Below are positions 8,661 to 16,702 of a stretch of DNA of 51,394 bases, piece after piece. The translations under genes were made by a program, and so were the position numbers. Where the stretch lies: contig JAISLM010000021.1 in the NCBI GenBank assembly GCA_031290855.1, positions 1 to 51,394 on the forward strand, given 5' to 3'. The notes beneath the pieces were generated by a model. It searched no databases. It was not told the origin of the DNA and saw only the letters and a list, made by a program, of their open reading frames with translations. The stretch's first letter is position 1; each line of letters opens with the position of its first letter. The DNA is from Spirochaetaceae bacterium. GTDB taxonomy: Bacteria; Spirochaetota; Spirochaetia; Treponematales; Breznakiellaceae.

Positions 8661-9368
8661 TCATTCTGAACCGGGCGGAATTCCCGGACGTCCACTGTTA
8701 AGCCTCTCTCCGGCGGGAACGGAAATGCCGAAGACGGCAAGAGCTTCCAGAAAATAGCCGGGAAGCGGGGCGCTCACTTCCAGAGCATGACCGCTTTGCA
8801 GCGGGATCGAAAGGCGCGACGCGTGTAACAGCATCTTTTTGACGCCCGCCTCGCCGCGAAGCCGCCTGTTAAGCGCGAAGTCGCCGTACCTGTCGTCGCC
8901 GATTACCGGAAGCCCTTCCTGTGAAAGGTGGCGGCGTATCTGATGCATACGGCCGGTTCCTGGCTCAAGCCGGAAAAGCGCGAAACCGCCCGCCGTTTCG
9001 AGCAGCCTGTAACGGGTAAGCGCGTCTTTCAACACGCCTTTCGCGGAAAGGCGTGTCCGTATCGTACCCTCCCGCTCATTTGGCGCGGATTTTCCCAGGG
9101 CGCACAGCGCCAGGTACTGTTTTTTGGCGGCCTTACTGGCAAACTCCCGCGTAAACCATGCCGCCGCCGCCGGTGTTTTGGCCGTAAGAATAACGCCCGA
9201 AGTGCCCTTGTCAAGTCTGTGCGTCAGAAGCGGGCGCGGTTCCCGCAAGCCCGCCAGGATCGCGTCCAGATTCACGGAGGCACCCTTGCCGCCCTGTACC
9301 GGCAGCCCGGCAGGTTTGTTTAGCACCAGACACTCGTCATCCTCGTACAGAACTTCGATGGTTTTCAT
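8661..9368 (-). CDS. RluA-family pseudouridine synthase
   Basis: MKTIEVLYEDDECLVLNKPAGLPVQGG, HRLDKGTSGVIL and the catalytic-region layout of the RluA family. The start was set at the ATG at 9368. The longer ORF overlaps the upstream gene. Confidence 0.85.
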   Translation of the reverse strand: MKTIEVLYEDDECLVLNKPAGLPVQGGKGASVNLDAILAGLREPRPLLTHRLDKGTSGVILTAKTPAAAAWFTREFASKAAKKQYLALCALGKSAPNEREGTIRTRLSAKGVLKDALTRYRLLETAGGFALFRLEPGTGRMHQIRRHLSQEGLPVIGDDRYGDFALNRRLRGEAGVKKMLLHASRLSIPLQSGHALEVSAPLPGYFLEALAVFGISVPAGERLNSGRPGIPPGSE

Positions 9369-10921
9369 CAGAACAGCGCCCCTATCGACAGCCCGCCGTA
9401 GCCGCCCCTGTCGTCGCCGTTGAAGAAGACCCCGGCCAGCAACCCGATGTTCAGGCTGGAACGCGGCGGCGTAAAACGAAACTCGGCGGAGAGCGCCGCC
9501 GGACAAAATTCCTCGACCCCGTCGGAAAAGGTACTCACCGTCTGGAAGGACAGCCCGGCGGAAACGAGCCGGAAGCGGGAGAGAAGCCCGCCTGAAAGCA
9601 CTACGCGGGGGGAGGGCTCCTCCGGGTAGCCGTCCCCGCCCGTCCAAAGCAGGGCGGGGGCCGCGTGCAACGAAAGACGCCGCCCGACGCGCCAACTGAG
9701 CGGTACACCCAGTTGCGCGCCCGACTTTATGCCGAAAGCCGATACGAAGCCGTCTTTCACCCAGCCGTAAGCGGCGAACGCCGCCGCGCCGGGCAGCAGC
9801 CCCGCCGGTTTACGGAGTTCCCTCTTTACCGAGCCGGATACGGAGGGATCGATCAGGCCGTCTTTACCGGGACGCATATTTATGGCGGCGGCAAGAAGCC
9901 ACCTGTCCGCCGGAGTGAATGAGAGTGCGGCGGAAAAGGGAAGTGCGTCAAAACCGTGCCCCTCGCCGGCAGGCCTCCCCAAAACAATACCGGCCTCGAC
10001 CTGAAAAGTCCCACCGGCGTGCGAGCCGGAGACAGGCACGAGAAATAGTCCCGGCAGACCCGAACCGAGCGACAGCGGCCCCTCGTCCAGAGCCGAATCG
10101 ATCCGTAGCGCTTGCGCTACGGATTTTAGCGCCCCGCCTTCCGCGCCTTCCGCCTCTATATGTATTCTGTAAGCGCCGTCTTCGAGAAGCTCGCCGTCAT
10201 CGCCCCTCCCGTCCCAAACATAACGCTGCTCGGCCCGCTCAAACTGACCGAGCGGGGCGGAAAACACCGCGCTGCCGTCATCATCAGACACGACAAAGCG
10301 GCCCGTACCCTGGGCGCTGACAGTAAAATCGACGGCCAGTATGATCTGCGCCCCGCTTCCGGCGGGGTTGAGGACGGAACGGCTCATCCGCAGACCGCCC
10401 AGCTCAAAGGCGGCGCGTTTAAGATCAAAATCAAGACTTGTCGTTTCGTTGCGGAGGACAAAAACCGATTTTTGCGCGTCCTGCCAGCCAAACGCGCTCA
10501 CTTTGACAGTCCACCAACCCTCAGGCACGCTGAATTCCCGCCCCTCAACCTCGACACCGTTCAAAAAAATACGAGCGCCGCCGGGAAAATCGCCGCCGTC
10601 CCCCATCACGTTCACGGCAATCGTCCCCTCCGCCGGACGCAGATCGATGAAAAGCTCCAGCCGCCCCCGCGCCGGGACGGTAATCCGGGCCGTCCAGTCG
10701 ACGTACCAGTCCTTTGTAACGCGCAAGGTATGTACGCCGGGACTCGCGCCGCCCAGCGTAAGCGGCGTAAGCCCCCGCTCTATCCCGTCCACGAACACCG
10801 TCGCCGCCGATGGCGTACTCTCAACAAGCACCCCGCTGCCGGCGGTCTCCACGATTCTTGTCTCCGCGCCAAGCGGCAACCCGGCAAGCAACGCGATACA
10901 AAGGAAAACAACACCCCTCAT
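9368..10921 (-). CDS. Secreted PEGA-domain protein with an Ig-like middle and a putative beta-barrel C-terminus
   Basis: Signal peptide MRGVVFLCIALLAGLPLGA. PEGA-like VFVDGIERGLTPLTL...GVHTLRV. FlgD-Ig-like YVWDGRGDDGELLEDGAYRIHIEAEG. Gly/aromatic-rich C-terminal half ending in F. Confidence 0.65.
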   Translation of the reverse strand: MRGVVFLCIALLAGLPLGAETRIVETAGSGVLVESTPSAATVFVDGIERGLTPLTLGGASPGVHTLRVTKDWYVDWTARITVPARGRLELFIDLRPAEGTIAVNVMGDGGDFPGGARIFLNGVEVEGREFSVPEGWWTVKVSAFGWQDAQKSVFVLRNETTSLDFDLKRAAFELGGLRMSRSVLNPAGSGAQIILAVDFTVSAQGTGRFVVSDDDGSAVFSAPLGQFERAEQRYVWDGRGDDGELLEDGAYRIHIEAEGAEGGALKSVAQALRIDSALDEGPLSLGSGLPGLFLVPVSGSHAGGTFQVEAGIVLGRPAGEGHGFDALPFSAALSFTPADRWLLAAAINMRPGKDGLIDPSVSGSVKRELRKPAGLLPGAAAFAAYGWVKDGFVSAFGIKSGAQLGVPLSWRVGRRLSLHAAPALLWTGGDGYPEEPSPRVVLSGGLLSRFRLVSAGLSFQTVSTFSDGVEEFCPAALSAEFRFTPPRSSLNIGLLAGVFFNGDDRGGYGGLSIGALF

Positions 10922-11103
10922 AGCCCGATTCTAGCACATATCCCTCCTACCCGCCATCCGCCAGGCCAGCAATTCAAAGTATCAAAATTTCGCGCTGAGA
11001 TGAACTCATGGGCTGGGAACTATTCAAGAACCTAATTGGCAAATTTCGGACGGATGAGCGGGCAGATGCCGGACAAGCGGCGGCACGGGCATAGTGAACG
11101 CTG

Positions 11104-11262
11104 CCAGGGGCTTTCCCAAAGCTTCAGTTTTTGGGAGACAAGCTTGCCTGGGAGACAAGCTTGCTTGGGAGACAAGCTTGCTTGGGAGACAAGCTTGCTT
11201 GTCCGGCTACCTTAGATTTATATGAAAAAGCGGGCCGGACTAAAGTCCGTTTAGACCGCTTT
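11104..11262 (+). repeat. Family-E dispersed repeat, copy E1
   Basis: CTTTCCCAAAGCTTCAGTTTTTGG...CTTGTCCGGCTACCTTAGATTTATATGAAAAAGCGGGCCGGACTAAAGTCC aligns with 31281-31392. Confidence 0.85.
11133..11200 (+). repeat. Tandem repeat, 4 x 17 bp (GGGAGACAAGCTTGCYT)
   Basis: Four head-to-tail units read directly. The homologous locus at 31307-31342 has only 2 units of 18 bp. Confidence 0.9.
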
Positions 11263-11655
11263 TCGGAAGCTTTTCTCAAAAGCAACCAGGTTTCCTGAAA
11301 AGCTCTAATTCTAGAACATTACCGGTTTTGGAGATTCACCCTTTAAGCCAGCCGGCAACGACGATAAGGGCGTCATAGCGGTCTACTTTGCCTGCCGGGA
11401 GACCAAAATCCGCCTTTTTGTGGAGGGAGTCCGTAAATTGGACGTAATGGGTGAAAGTGCCCTGGACACATTCTGTGGAAAAGGCAGTCCTGCCGCACCA
11501 ACAAATACTTCGAAGCAACAGGGCATAGTAATCGGATGCCCCGGTATCCGTACGGTATCCGTACCTTGCTTAAAGCCAGAAAAATTTTGTTGGACACCAG
11601 CTTTCTTGTACCCATAAAACCGGATAATTTCTTAAACCACAAGGAATTAGCCGGT

Positions 11656-11726
11656 TTCCCCAGGGAGGATTTGAACCCCCACAAGCAGATCCAGAGTCTG
11701 CCGTGCTACCATTACACAACCGGGGA
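11656..11726 (-). tRNA. tRNA-Gln (anticodon CTG)
   Basis: Manual cloverleaf: acceptor TCCCCGG/CTGGGGA, anticodon stem GCAGA/TCTGC with loop CTCTGGA, T-arm GGGGG-TTCAAAT-CCTCC. Confidence 0.85.
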
Positions 11727-11737
11727 ATGGACGGTTT

Positions 11738-11812
11738 CGGGAGCGACGGGACTCGAACCCGCGGTCTCCGGCGTGACAGGCCAGCGCGATAAACCAGCTT
11801 CGCTACGCCCCC
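11738..11812 (-). tRNA. tRNA-Asp (anticodon GTC)
   Basis: Manual cloverleaf: acceptor GGGGGCG/CGCTCCC, anticodon stem CTGGC/GCCGG with loop CTGTCAC, T-arm GCGGG-TTCGAGT-CCCGT. Confidence 0.88.
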
Positions 11813-11903
11813 ATTGACGTAAGCCTATACGGTTAAAAAAAAATTGTCAAGGGAGTTTCCGAAGACTCTGGAAGACGGGATGCCAAAAGCGCTATGCTGA
11901 TCC

Positions 11904-12716
11904 GTGTTTGGGCGGTATTTTGAAAGTATCATTCAGGAGAAATCATTTAAAGTGACTAAGGTGACAGGTATCAAAAAGCGGCAATCCGCAAGTTTTTTGG
12001 CGGGGCTCGTGTGTTTTTTTCTGATCTGGCAGATTGGCGCCGTTCTTACAGGCAGCGACATCATACTGCCGGGGCCCGTTCCCGTAGTAAAAAAGCTGAT
12101 TTCTCTGTTAAAAACGGAAAGATTCCTGCGGGCGCTTCTGTCCTCCACGCTCAGACTGTTGCTGGGCCTGGCGATTTCGGTACCGATCGGTATGCTGACC
12201 GGCCTCGTCTCCGCGCTCGACAAACGCGCCGCCGCCTTTCTGCGGCCTTTTTTTTCGGTGATAGCCGCTACGCCCGTCATGTCCGTCATTCTGATCGCTT
12301 TTCTGGCCTTTGGTTCGGAGAGGACGCCCGTCTTCACGGCGTTTCTGATGATTTTCCCGGTCATCGCGGCCAATACGATGGCCGGTGTAAAAGCGGTCGA
12401 CCCCAAACTGACGGAACTCTTCAAGGTATACTGCCTGCACGGTTTCGAGAAACTCCGATACCTGTACATTCCTTCCATTATGCCATATCTTGCTGCCGGC
12501 CTTCACAGCGGCCTGTCGCTTGGCTGGAAGGTTATCGTTGCCGCCGAAGTGCTGGTTCAGCCGCTAAGCGCCCTCGGTACGGGTATGCAGATAGCTAAAG
12601 CCCAGCTCGAAACGCCGGAACTTTTCGCGTGGACCGCCGCAACTGTAATCGCCGCCGCTCTGTCCGACATTCTGCTAAACCTTTCGAGCCTACTCTTGAT
12701 CCGCAGAAGAATCTAA
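11904..12716 (+). CDS. ABC transporter permease (NitT/TauT, SsuC/TauC-like)
   Basis: Six-TM BPD-type permease profile. The GTG start is uncertain. No cognate ATPase or binding protein is adjacent. Confidence 0.72.
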   Translation: MFGRYFESIIQEKSFKVTKVTGIKKRQSASFLAGLVCFFLIWQIGAVLTGSDIILPGPVPVVKKLISLLKTERFLRALLSSTLRLLLGLAISVPIGMLTGLVSALDKRAAAFLRPFFSVIAATPVMSVILIAFLAFGSERTPVFTAFLMIFPVIAANTMAGVKAVDPKLTELFKVYCLHGFEKLRYLYIPSIMPYLAAGLHSGLSLGWKVIVAAEVLVQPLSALGTGMQIAKAQLETPELFAWTAATVIAAALSDILLNLSSLLLIRRRI

Positions 12717-12824
12717 TCCCGCGCCAGGGTTGACCGGTGTTTTTGAAAGGGGCAGGGAAGCCATATACACGCGCATCCGTCGCGGGGCTATCGGCTTAAA
12801 TCCTGCCCAATGACGGAGGGCGGC

Positions 12825-13157
12825 TCATTCGTAATGGCTGCGAAAGTCTTCCACCGCCCTGATCAGCGAGTCGATGTGTTCAGGATAGGGCGTCAGGTCT
12901 TTTTTCAGCGCCGCCTCTTCCCTTATGAAAAAAGTATGCGGCGAAACATTCAAAGCAAGCGATAATTTTTCTATCGTGTCCAGCGATACGCCCCGTTTCG
13001 CGTGTTCTATGTCGTTTATAAAATTATGCGTTATCCCCGATTCCATAGCCAGTTCAATTTGAGAAAATTTTGCTCTTTCACGCAGCCGTTTTAAGTTTCT
13101 GCCGAAAATAATTCGCATCTGCCTTCCCGGCTGTTCGTTTTCGATATCACTTTTCAT
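12825..13157 (-). CDS. XRE-family helix-turn-helix transcriptional regulator
   Basis: HTH_3-like FSQIELAMESGITHNFINDIEHAKRGVSLDTIEKLSLAL. The gene is visibly A+T-rich. Confidence 0.8.
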   Translation of the reverse strand: MKSDIENEQPGRQMRIIFGRNLKRLRERAKFSQIELAMESGITHNFINDIEHAKRGVSLDTIEKLSLALNVSPHTFFIREEAALKKDLTPYPEHIDSLIRAVEDFRSHYE

Positions 13158-13232
13158 AGTAATGTTTTCAAGCTACGCAAGTTTTAAAATCTTCGCAAAT
13201 AGCTGCAAGCAATAAAAATTCGCTTTAAGCTA

Positions 13233-13285
13233 AAATGAATCTTCCCGCCCCGAAGGGTGGGGGAGCAGATCCCGCTGCGAATCAA
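13233..13285 (+). repeat. Family-A repeat, short hairpin form (A2)
   Basis: AAATGAATCTTCCCGCC-CCGAAG-GGTGGGGGAGCAGATCCCGCTGCGAATCAA. It has the same 5' and 3' blocks as A4/A5, with the ~110-nt interior replaced by a 6-nt loop. Confidence 0.8.
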
Positions 13286-13346
13286 CGACTGCCACAGGGC
13301 GGGGCTTTACAGTTTTTCCCGCTTGCGTCATGCTTAACGGAGCCGA

Positions 13347-13401
13347 GCGGCGTGTATCGCGTAAGTCCAGGCAGACTTACGTGGTATACGCCGCTTTTTT
13401 T
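13347..13401 (+). terminator. Strong intrinsic terminator (21-bp stem plus T7)
   Basis: GCGGCGTGTATCGCGTAAGTC-CAGGCA-GACTTACGTGGTATACGCCGC followed by TTTTTTT. The three non-Watson-Crick positions are all G-U on the plus-strand RNA. Confidence 0.75.
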
Positions 13402-13639
13402 CCGTAAGGCCGTCGGGATGGCGGAAAACCATCAAGTTTTTACCGGACCGGGCTTTCCCCGCGTAAACGGGACGAGGTGCGCCGGCTCTGTAACCTGCGC
13501 GAAAGTACGGTAACGAAAGGCGGGCTTTGGGAGGACGACAGGGTATCTTTTTTCCCAAAAAGATGCGCTGGTATGAAAACTTTCGGACGCCGCGTCAGTG
13601 TTTGTTGGCATGACGCGATCATTATTGGGAGGATTAACC

Positions 13640-13861
13640 ATGGAGTATGAACTGATACGGGAAATAATCAACCCCTGTGCCGGCGACAGGAGGCCGGAAG
13701 TGCTGGTCAGCGATGTTGAAAACGGGGATTTGGACACTTATGTCCGAAACCTGTTTGCAGGTCAGGAAATATCGTTTACGAAGATAGAGAAGCCTTCAGG
13801 TTCCGTTGTATACGAACTGGCGACGGGCGAACTTAAACACCGTTTGACGTTTACGCCGTGA
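13640..13861 (+). CDS. Small hypothetical protein (73 aa)
   Basis: ATG preceded by GGGAGG at -7 to -12. MEYELIREI...TFTP has non-repetitive, balanced composition. No function is recognisable. Confidence 0.45.
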   Translation: MEYELIREIINPCAGDRRPEVLVSDVENGDLDTYVRNLFAGQEISFTKIEKPSGSVVYELATGELKHRLTFTP

Positions 13862-14090
13862 CTGTGTCAACGTGCGGCGCCGAGCCGCTTGTGGCGTATC
13901 CTCTTTTGACAGGCGATTTACGTTGCTCCAATGTACGGAACAGGATGTTCGACAGAATGACTCTAACGCCGGTACTGATATAGTGCAAAACCGCCTTAGG
14001 CGCTATCGATGTAACCTTTTCGTGGGGCTTACGGCGGCGGCCTGTGTCGCCGGGATACGAAGCCGGTTTCGATAGAATATGGCGCTGAAC

Positions 14091-14213
14091 GGAGTTTTGA
14101 TTCTGCCTTTGGCGCTGCCGCCCACGCCTTTTTCCGATGACGCCGGTTTTTTAAGGGCGGGTTTGGCGGCTCAGACTATAACGGTACTGCCGGCGAAAGA
14201 AGCGGCGGCATAA
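14091..14213 (+). pseudogene. Fragment of an M28-like peptidase paralog
   Basis: Encodes ...[32 protein letters not shown], matching residues [31 protein letters not shown] of the 21718-22653 gene. Weaker DNA similarity extends back to ~13900. Homology stops exactly where repeat B2 starts. Confidence 0.75.
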
Positions 14214-14316
14214 TCCGCCCGGAGAACCGCAGCAGGCCGCCATTTCCTCCCCAAACCGAACCGTTCCAGGGGGACACGTCTGCCCTGAAAGCCGAATTTT
14301 GGACCAGGTTTAGAGC
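14209..14316 (+). repeat. Family-B repeat, copy B2
   Basis: CATAATCCGCCCGGAGAA...CATTTCCTCCCCAAACCGAACC...CCAGGGGGACACGTCTGCCCTGAAAGCCGAATTTTGGACCAGGTTTAG aligns with 26618-26722. Confidence 0.85.
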
Positions 14317-14347
14317 AGAGCGGCGGGGTATTACACCCGCGCTTTAC

Positions 14348-14400
14348 AATAAACCTCCCCGCCGCAGAGCGGCGGGGGCGCAGACCCCCACTGCGAATAA
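14348..14400 (+). repeat. Family-A repeat, short hairpin form (A3)
   Basis: AATAAACCTCCCCGCCGC-AGA-GCGGCGGGGGCGCAGACCCCCACTGCGAATAA. Confidence 0.8.
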
Positions 14401-14559
14401 TCGCTAAATCTTCAATAATGCCGCAATGCTATTGCCTATAGTCGCTTGAAAATTATTGGGAATTGTATGAAAATACAGGATACCAAAGTTTACGGGAAGG
14501 TTTCCGGAGCGTGGCGCGCCGGAGACGCCAAAATTTTAATGTAATCAAGAGGTAAAACT

Positions 14560-15320
14560 ATGAAAGGATTCTTCAAAATTCTTGTTGCCTCGACGGTCGC
14601 GGCATCCCTGCTAACGGTCACGGCTTGTTCGAAAAAGGAAGCGGCGGCGAGCGGCGTTTACGAGCCGCTTACCGGGGCCAATACCGGCGGCGGCGCTATA
14701 GAGCTGGAAGGCGTTGAAGCGGGAGGCAAGACGTACAAGTTTGAGCTTGTAATCGCGGACAACAATTCCGACAAGGTTGAGGCGTCAACGCGGTCCAGCG
14801 CCTTGTCACCAGCGACAAGGTGTCTTTAATTTTCGGCTCCTGGGGTTCTTCGCTTTCGATAGCGGGCGGCGAGGTTGCGAAAGACGCCGGTATCCAGGTA
14901 ATCGGGCTTTCCTGCACGAATCCGCTTGTTGCCGCGGGGAATGACTGGTACTTCCGCGTATGCTTCATAGACCCGTTCCAGGGGACTGTGATGGCGAATT
15001 ACGCGCACAGCGAGCTTGGCGCGAAAAACGCCGTTATCGTGCGGGAAATCTCCAACGATTATTCCGTGGGCCTTGCCAAGTTCTTTACCGACAAATTTAT
15101 CGAATTAACGGGAAATCCAAACGCGATTCTTACGACCATAGACTACAATACCGGCGGCCAGGATTTTTCCGCCCAGCTTACGCAGGTTAAGTCTCTGAAT
15201 CCCGATGTGGCGTTCGCGCCCGGCAACTTTACGGAGCCCGCGCCCGTGATTAAGCAGGCGCGGGCTCTCGGCGTAAGCGTGCCGTTCATAGGCGGCGATA
15301 CACGGGAAGCGCCCTGTTGA
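14560..15320 (+). pseudogene. LivJ-type ABC substrate-binding lipoprotein gene, frameshifted and 3'-truncated
   Basis: Lipoprotein signal (LLTVTAC). ORFs 14560-14829 and 14820-15320 join into one PBP-type sequence (...DKVEA / VQRLVTSDKVSLIFGSWGSS...) only with a 1-nt shift near 14787. The reading frame ends ~130 codons short of the usual family length. Confidence 0.75.
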
Positions 15321-15363
15321 ACTACGACCGTGTGCGTAAAGCGTGTATTGGCGAATAGGTAAT

Positions 15364-16632
15364 ATGAAGCGTAAATTCATATTTTTAATTTTGACAGGCC
15401 CGTTTTTTTTGCTGCCGTCCTGTACGGAATTTAACGACAGCGCGGCCGTTATTTTGACGGACAGGCCGGAGTTCGCTTTATACGCCGAACAATTCAATGT
15501 TAGCCAGGATAAATACAAAGTCGAGGTAATGTATAAAAACAATATTGCGGAAAACTTTTACAATACGAAGAAAGGCCCCGATATAATCGCCGGAAGCTGG
15601 TTAAAAAGCGCCTCGAACCTTAAATACTGGCAAAACCTGGATTTTCTTTTCAGACGGAATCCGGAACTGAAAAAAAGTTTTTACCCCTCCCTGCTTGCGC
15701 TGGGCAGCTTCGACGGCAAGCAGTACCTTGTACCGGTATCCTTCAACTTGCCAGTAATGGTTTTTTCTGAAAATAACGGCCGCTTGATATCGAATCCGTT
15801 TACTATCGAACTGCAAGAAATAAAAGCCCTTGGGAAAGGCTTTAACGAAGAAAAAAACTCCGTGTACGCGCGGATGGGCTTTTCCCCGTTGTGGAACAAT
15901 GATTTCCTTTTTGAAACGGCGGTAATTTTCAACGCCTCCTTCAGGGAGAACGACCCGCTGGATTGGAATGAGGACGCCCTTCTGGAAGCTATTCAATATA
16001 TACGCGGCTGGATCGACGAGTCCAACGGCGGTCTTAAAACGGAGGACGAATTCTTTTTTAAGTATTTTTTTGATCCTCCATCCAAACTTGTAATCGCAAA
16101 CCGGATTCTGTTTACCTATATGAACAGTTCCGTGTTTTTTACGATGTCAAACGAAACGCAGTCAAACCTGAATTTTCGTATGCTGTCCGGCGGCGGGCTC
16201 ATTCCGGTTTCAGAAAATGCCGTATACTACGGGCTCAACAAAACGGGAAAATCAAAGAAGTCGGCCCGCGAATTCACGGTTTGGTTTTTTAGGGAAGAAA
16301 CGCAGATGCTGTTGCTGAAGAAAAGCATGGAAAAGCATATTTCCGATACTATTTTTGGCATCGCGAACGGATTTTCGGCGATGCATACCGTGAACGAAAA
16401 TATTTTCCCTTTGTACTACCCGACACTTTTGGGACACATGCCCCCCGCCGACCTGCTTGGCGCCCCGAATATTCTGCCGACAAACTGGATCGACATCAAA
16501 GAGCGTGTCGTGATCCCGTATCTGCGAGACGCCTGCCGGGGCGTGAACGGCCTGCCGCTGAAACAACGCCTTGACGACTGGTTCCGTATCAACAAAAGTT
16601 CGTTTGACGGCGGCAGGCTGCCCGTGCCTTAG
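15364..16632 (+). CDS. Putative lipoprotein, ABC solute-binding-protein-like
   Basis: Lipobox FFLLPSC after MKRKFIFLILTG. The size and pattern suggest a family-1 extracellular solute-binding fold. The gene is A+T-rich. Confidence 0.5.
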   Translation: MKRKFIFLILTGPFFLLPSCTEFNDSAAVILTDRPEFALYAEQFNVSQDKYKVEVMYKNNIAENFYNTKKGPDIIAGSWLKSASNLKYWQNLDFLFRRNPELKKSFYPSLLALGSFDGKQYLVPVSFNLPVMVFSENNGRLISNPFTIELQEIKALGKGFNEEKNSVYARMGFSPLWNNDFLFETAVIFNASFRENDPLDWNEDALLEAIQYIRGWIDESNGGLKTEDEFFFKYFFDPPSKLVIANRILFTYMNSSVFFTMSNETQSNLNFRMLSGGGLIPVSENAVYYGLNKTGKSKKSAREFTVWFFREETQMLLLKKSMEKHISDTIFGIANGFSAMHTVNENIFPLYYPTLLGHMPPADLLGAPNILPTNWIDIKERVVIPYLRDACRGVNGLPLKQRLDDWFRINKSSFDGGRLPVP

Positions 16633-16702
16633 GCTAACGGTATTTGCCGTTCAGGTTTTTATCCGGAAACCCCGATAAATATATAGAATATGGGGATACC
16701 TG

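Noticed and set aside
9369-9695. N-terminal 109 codons of the 344-aa ORF (RluA family)
   Set aside because: It lies entirely inside the upstream PEGA gene in another frame and is Arg-rich. The conserved RluA sequence starts at the ATG at 9368.
11133-11200. The 17-bp tandem repeat as a CRISPR array
   Set aside because: The units are contiguous with no spacers and are too short. There are no cas genes.
11336-11684. Two overlapping minus-strand ORFs (60 and 103 aa), possibly a frameshifted gene remnant
   Set aside because: One segment (GKVDRYDALIVVAGW) looks protein-like, but I cannot recognise a family or reconstruct a continuous frame, so it is not reported as a feature.
13466-13500. Guanidine-III-like motif (GGGACGAGGTGCGCCGG)
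   Set aside because: Only the first half resembles the ykkC-III consensus. The ACCCGG...CAGGACAAGACGG part needed for the pseudoknot is absent.
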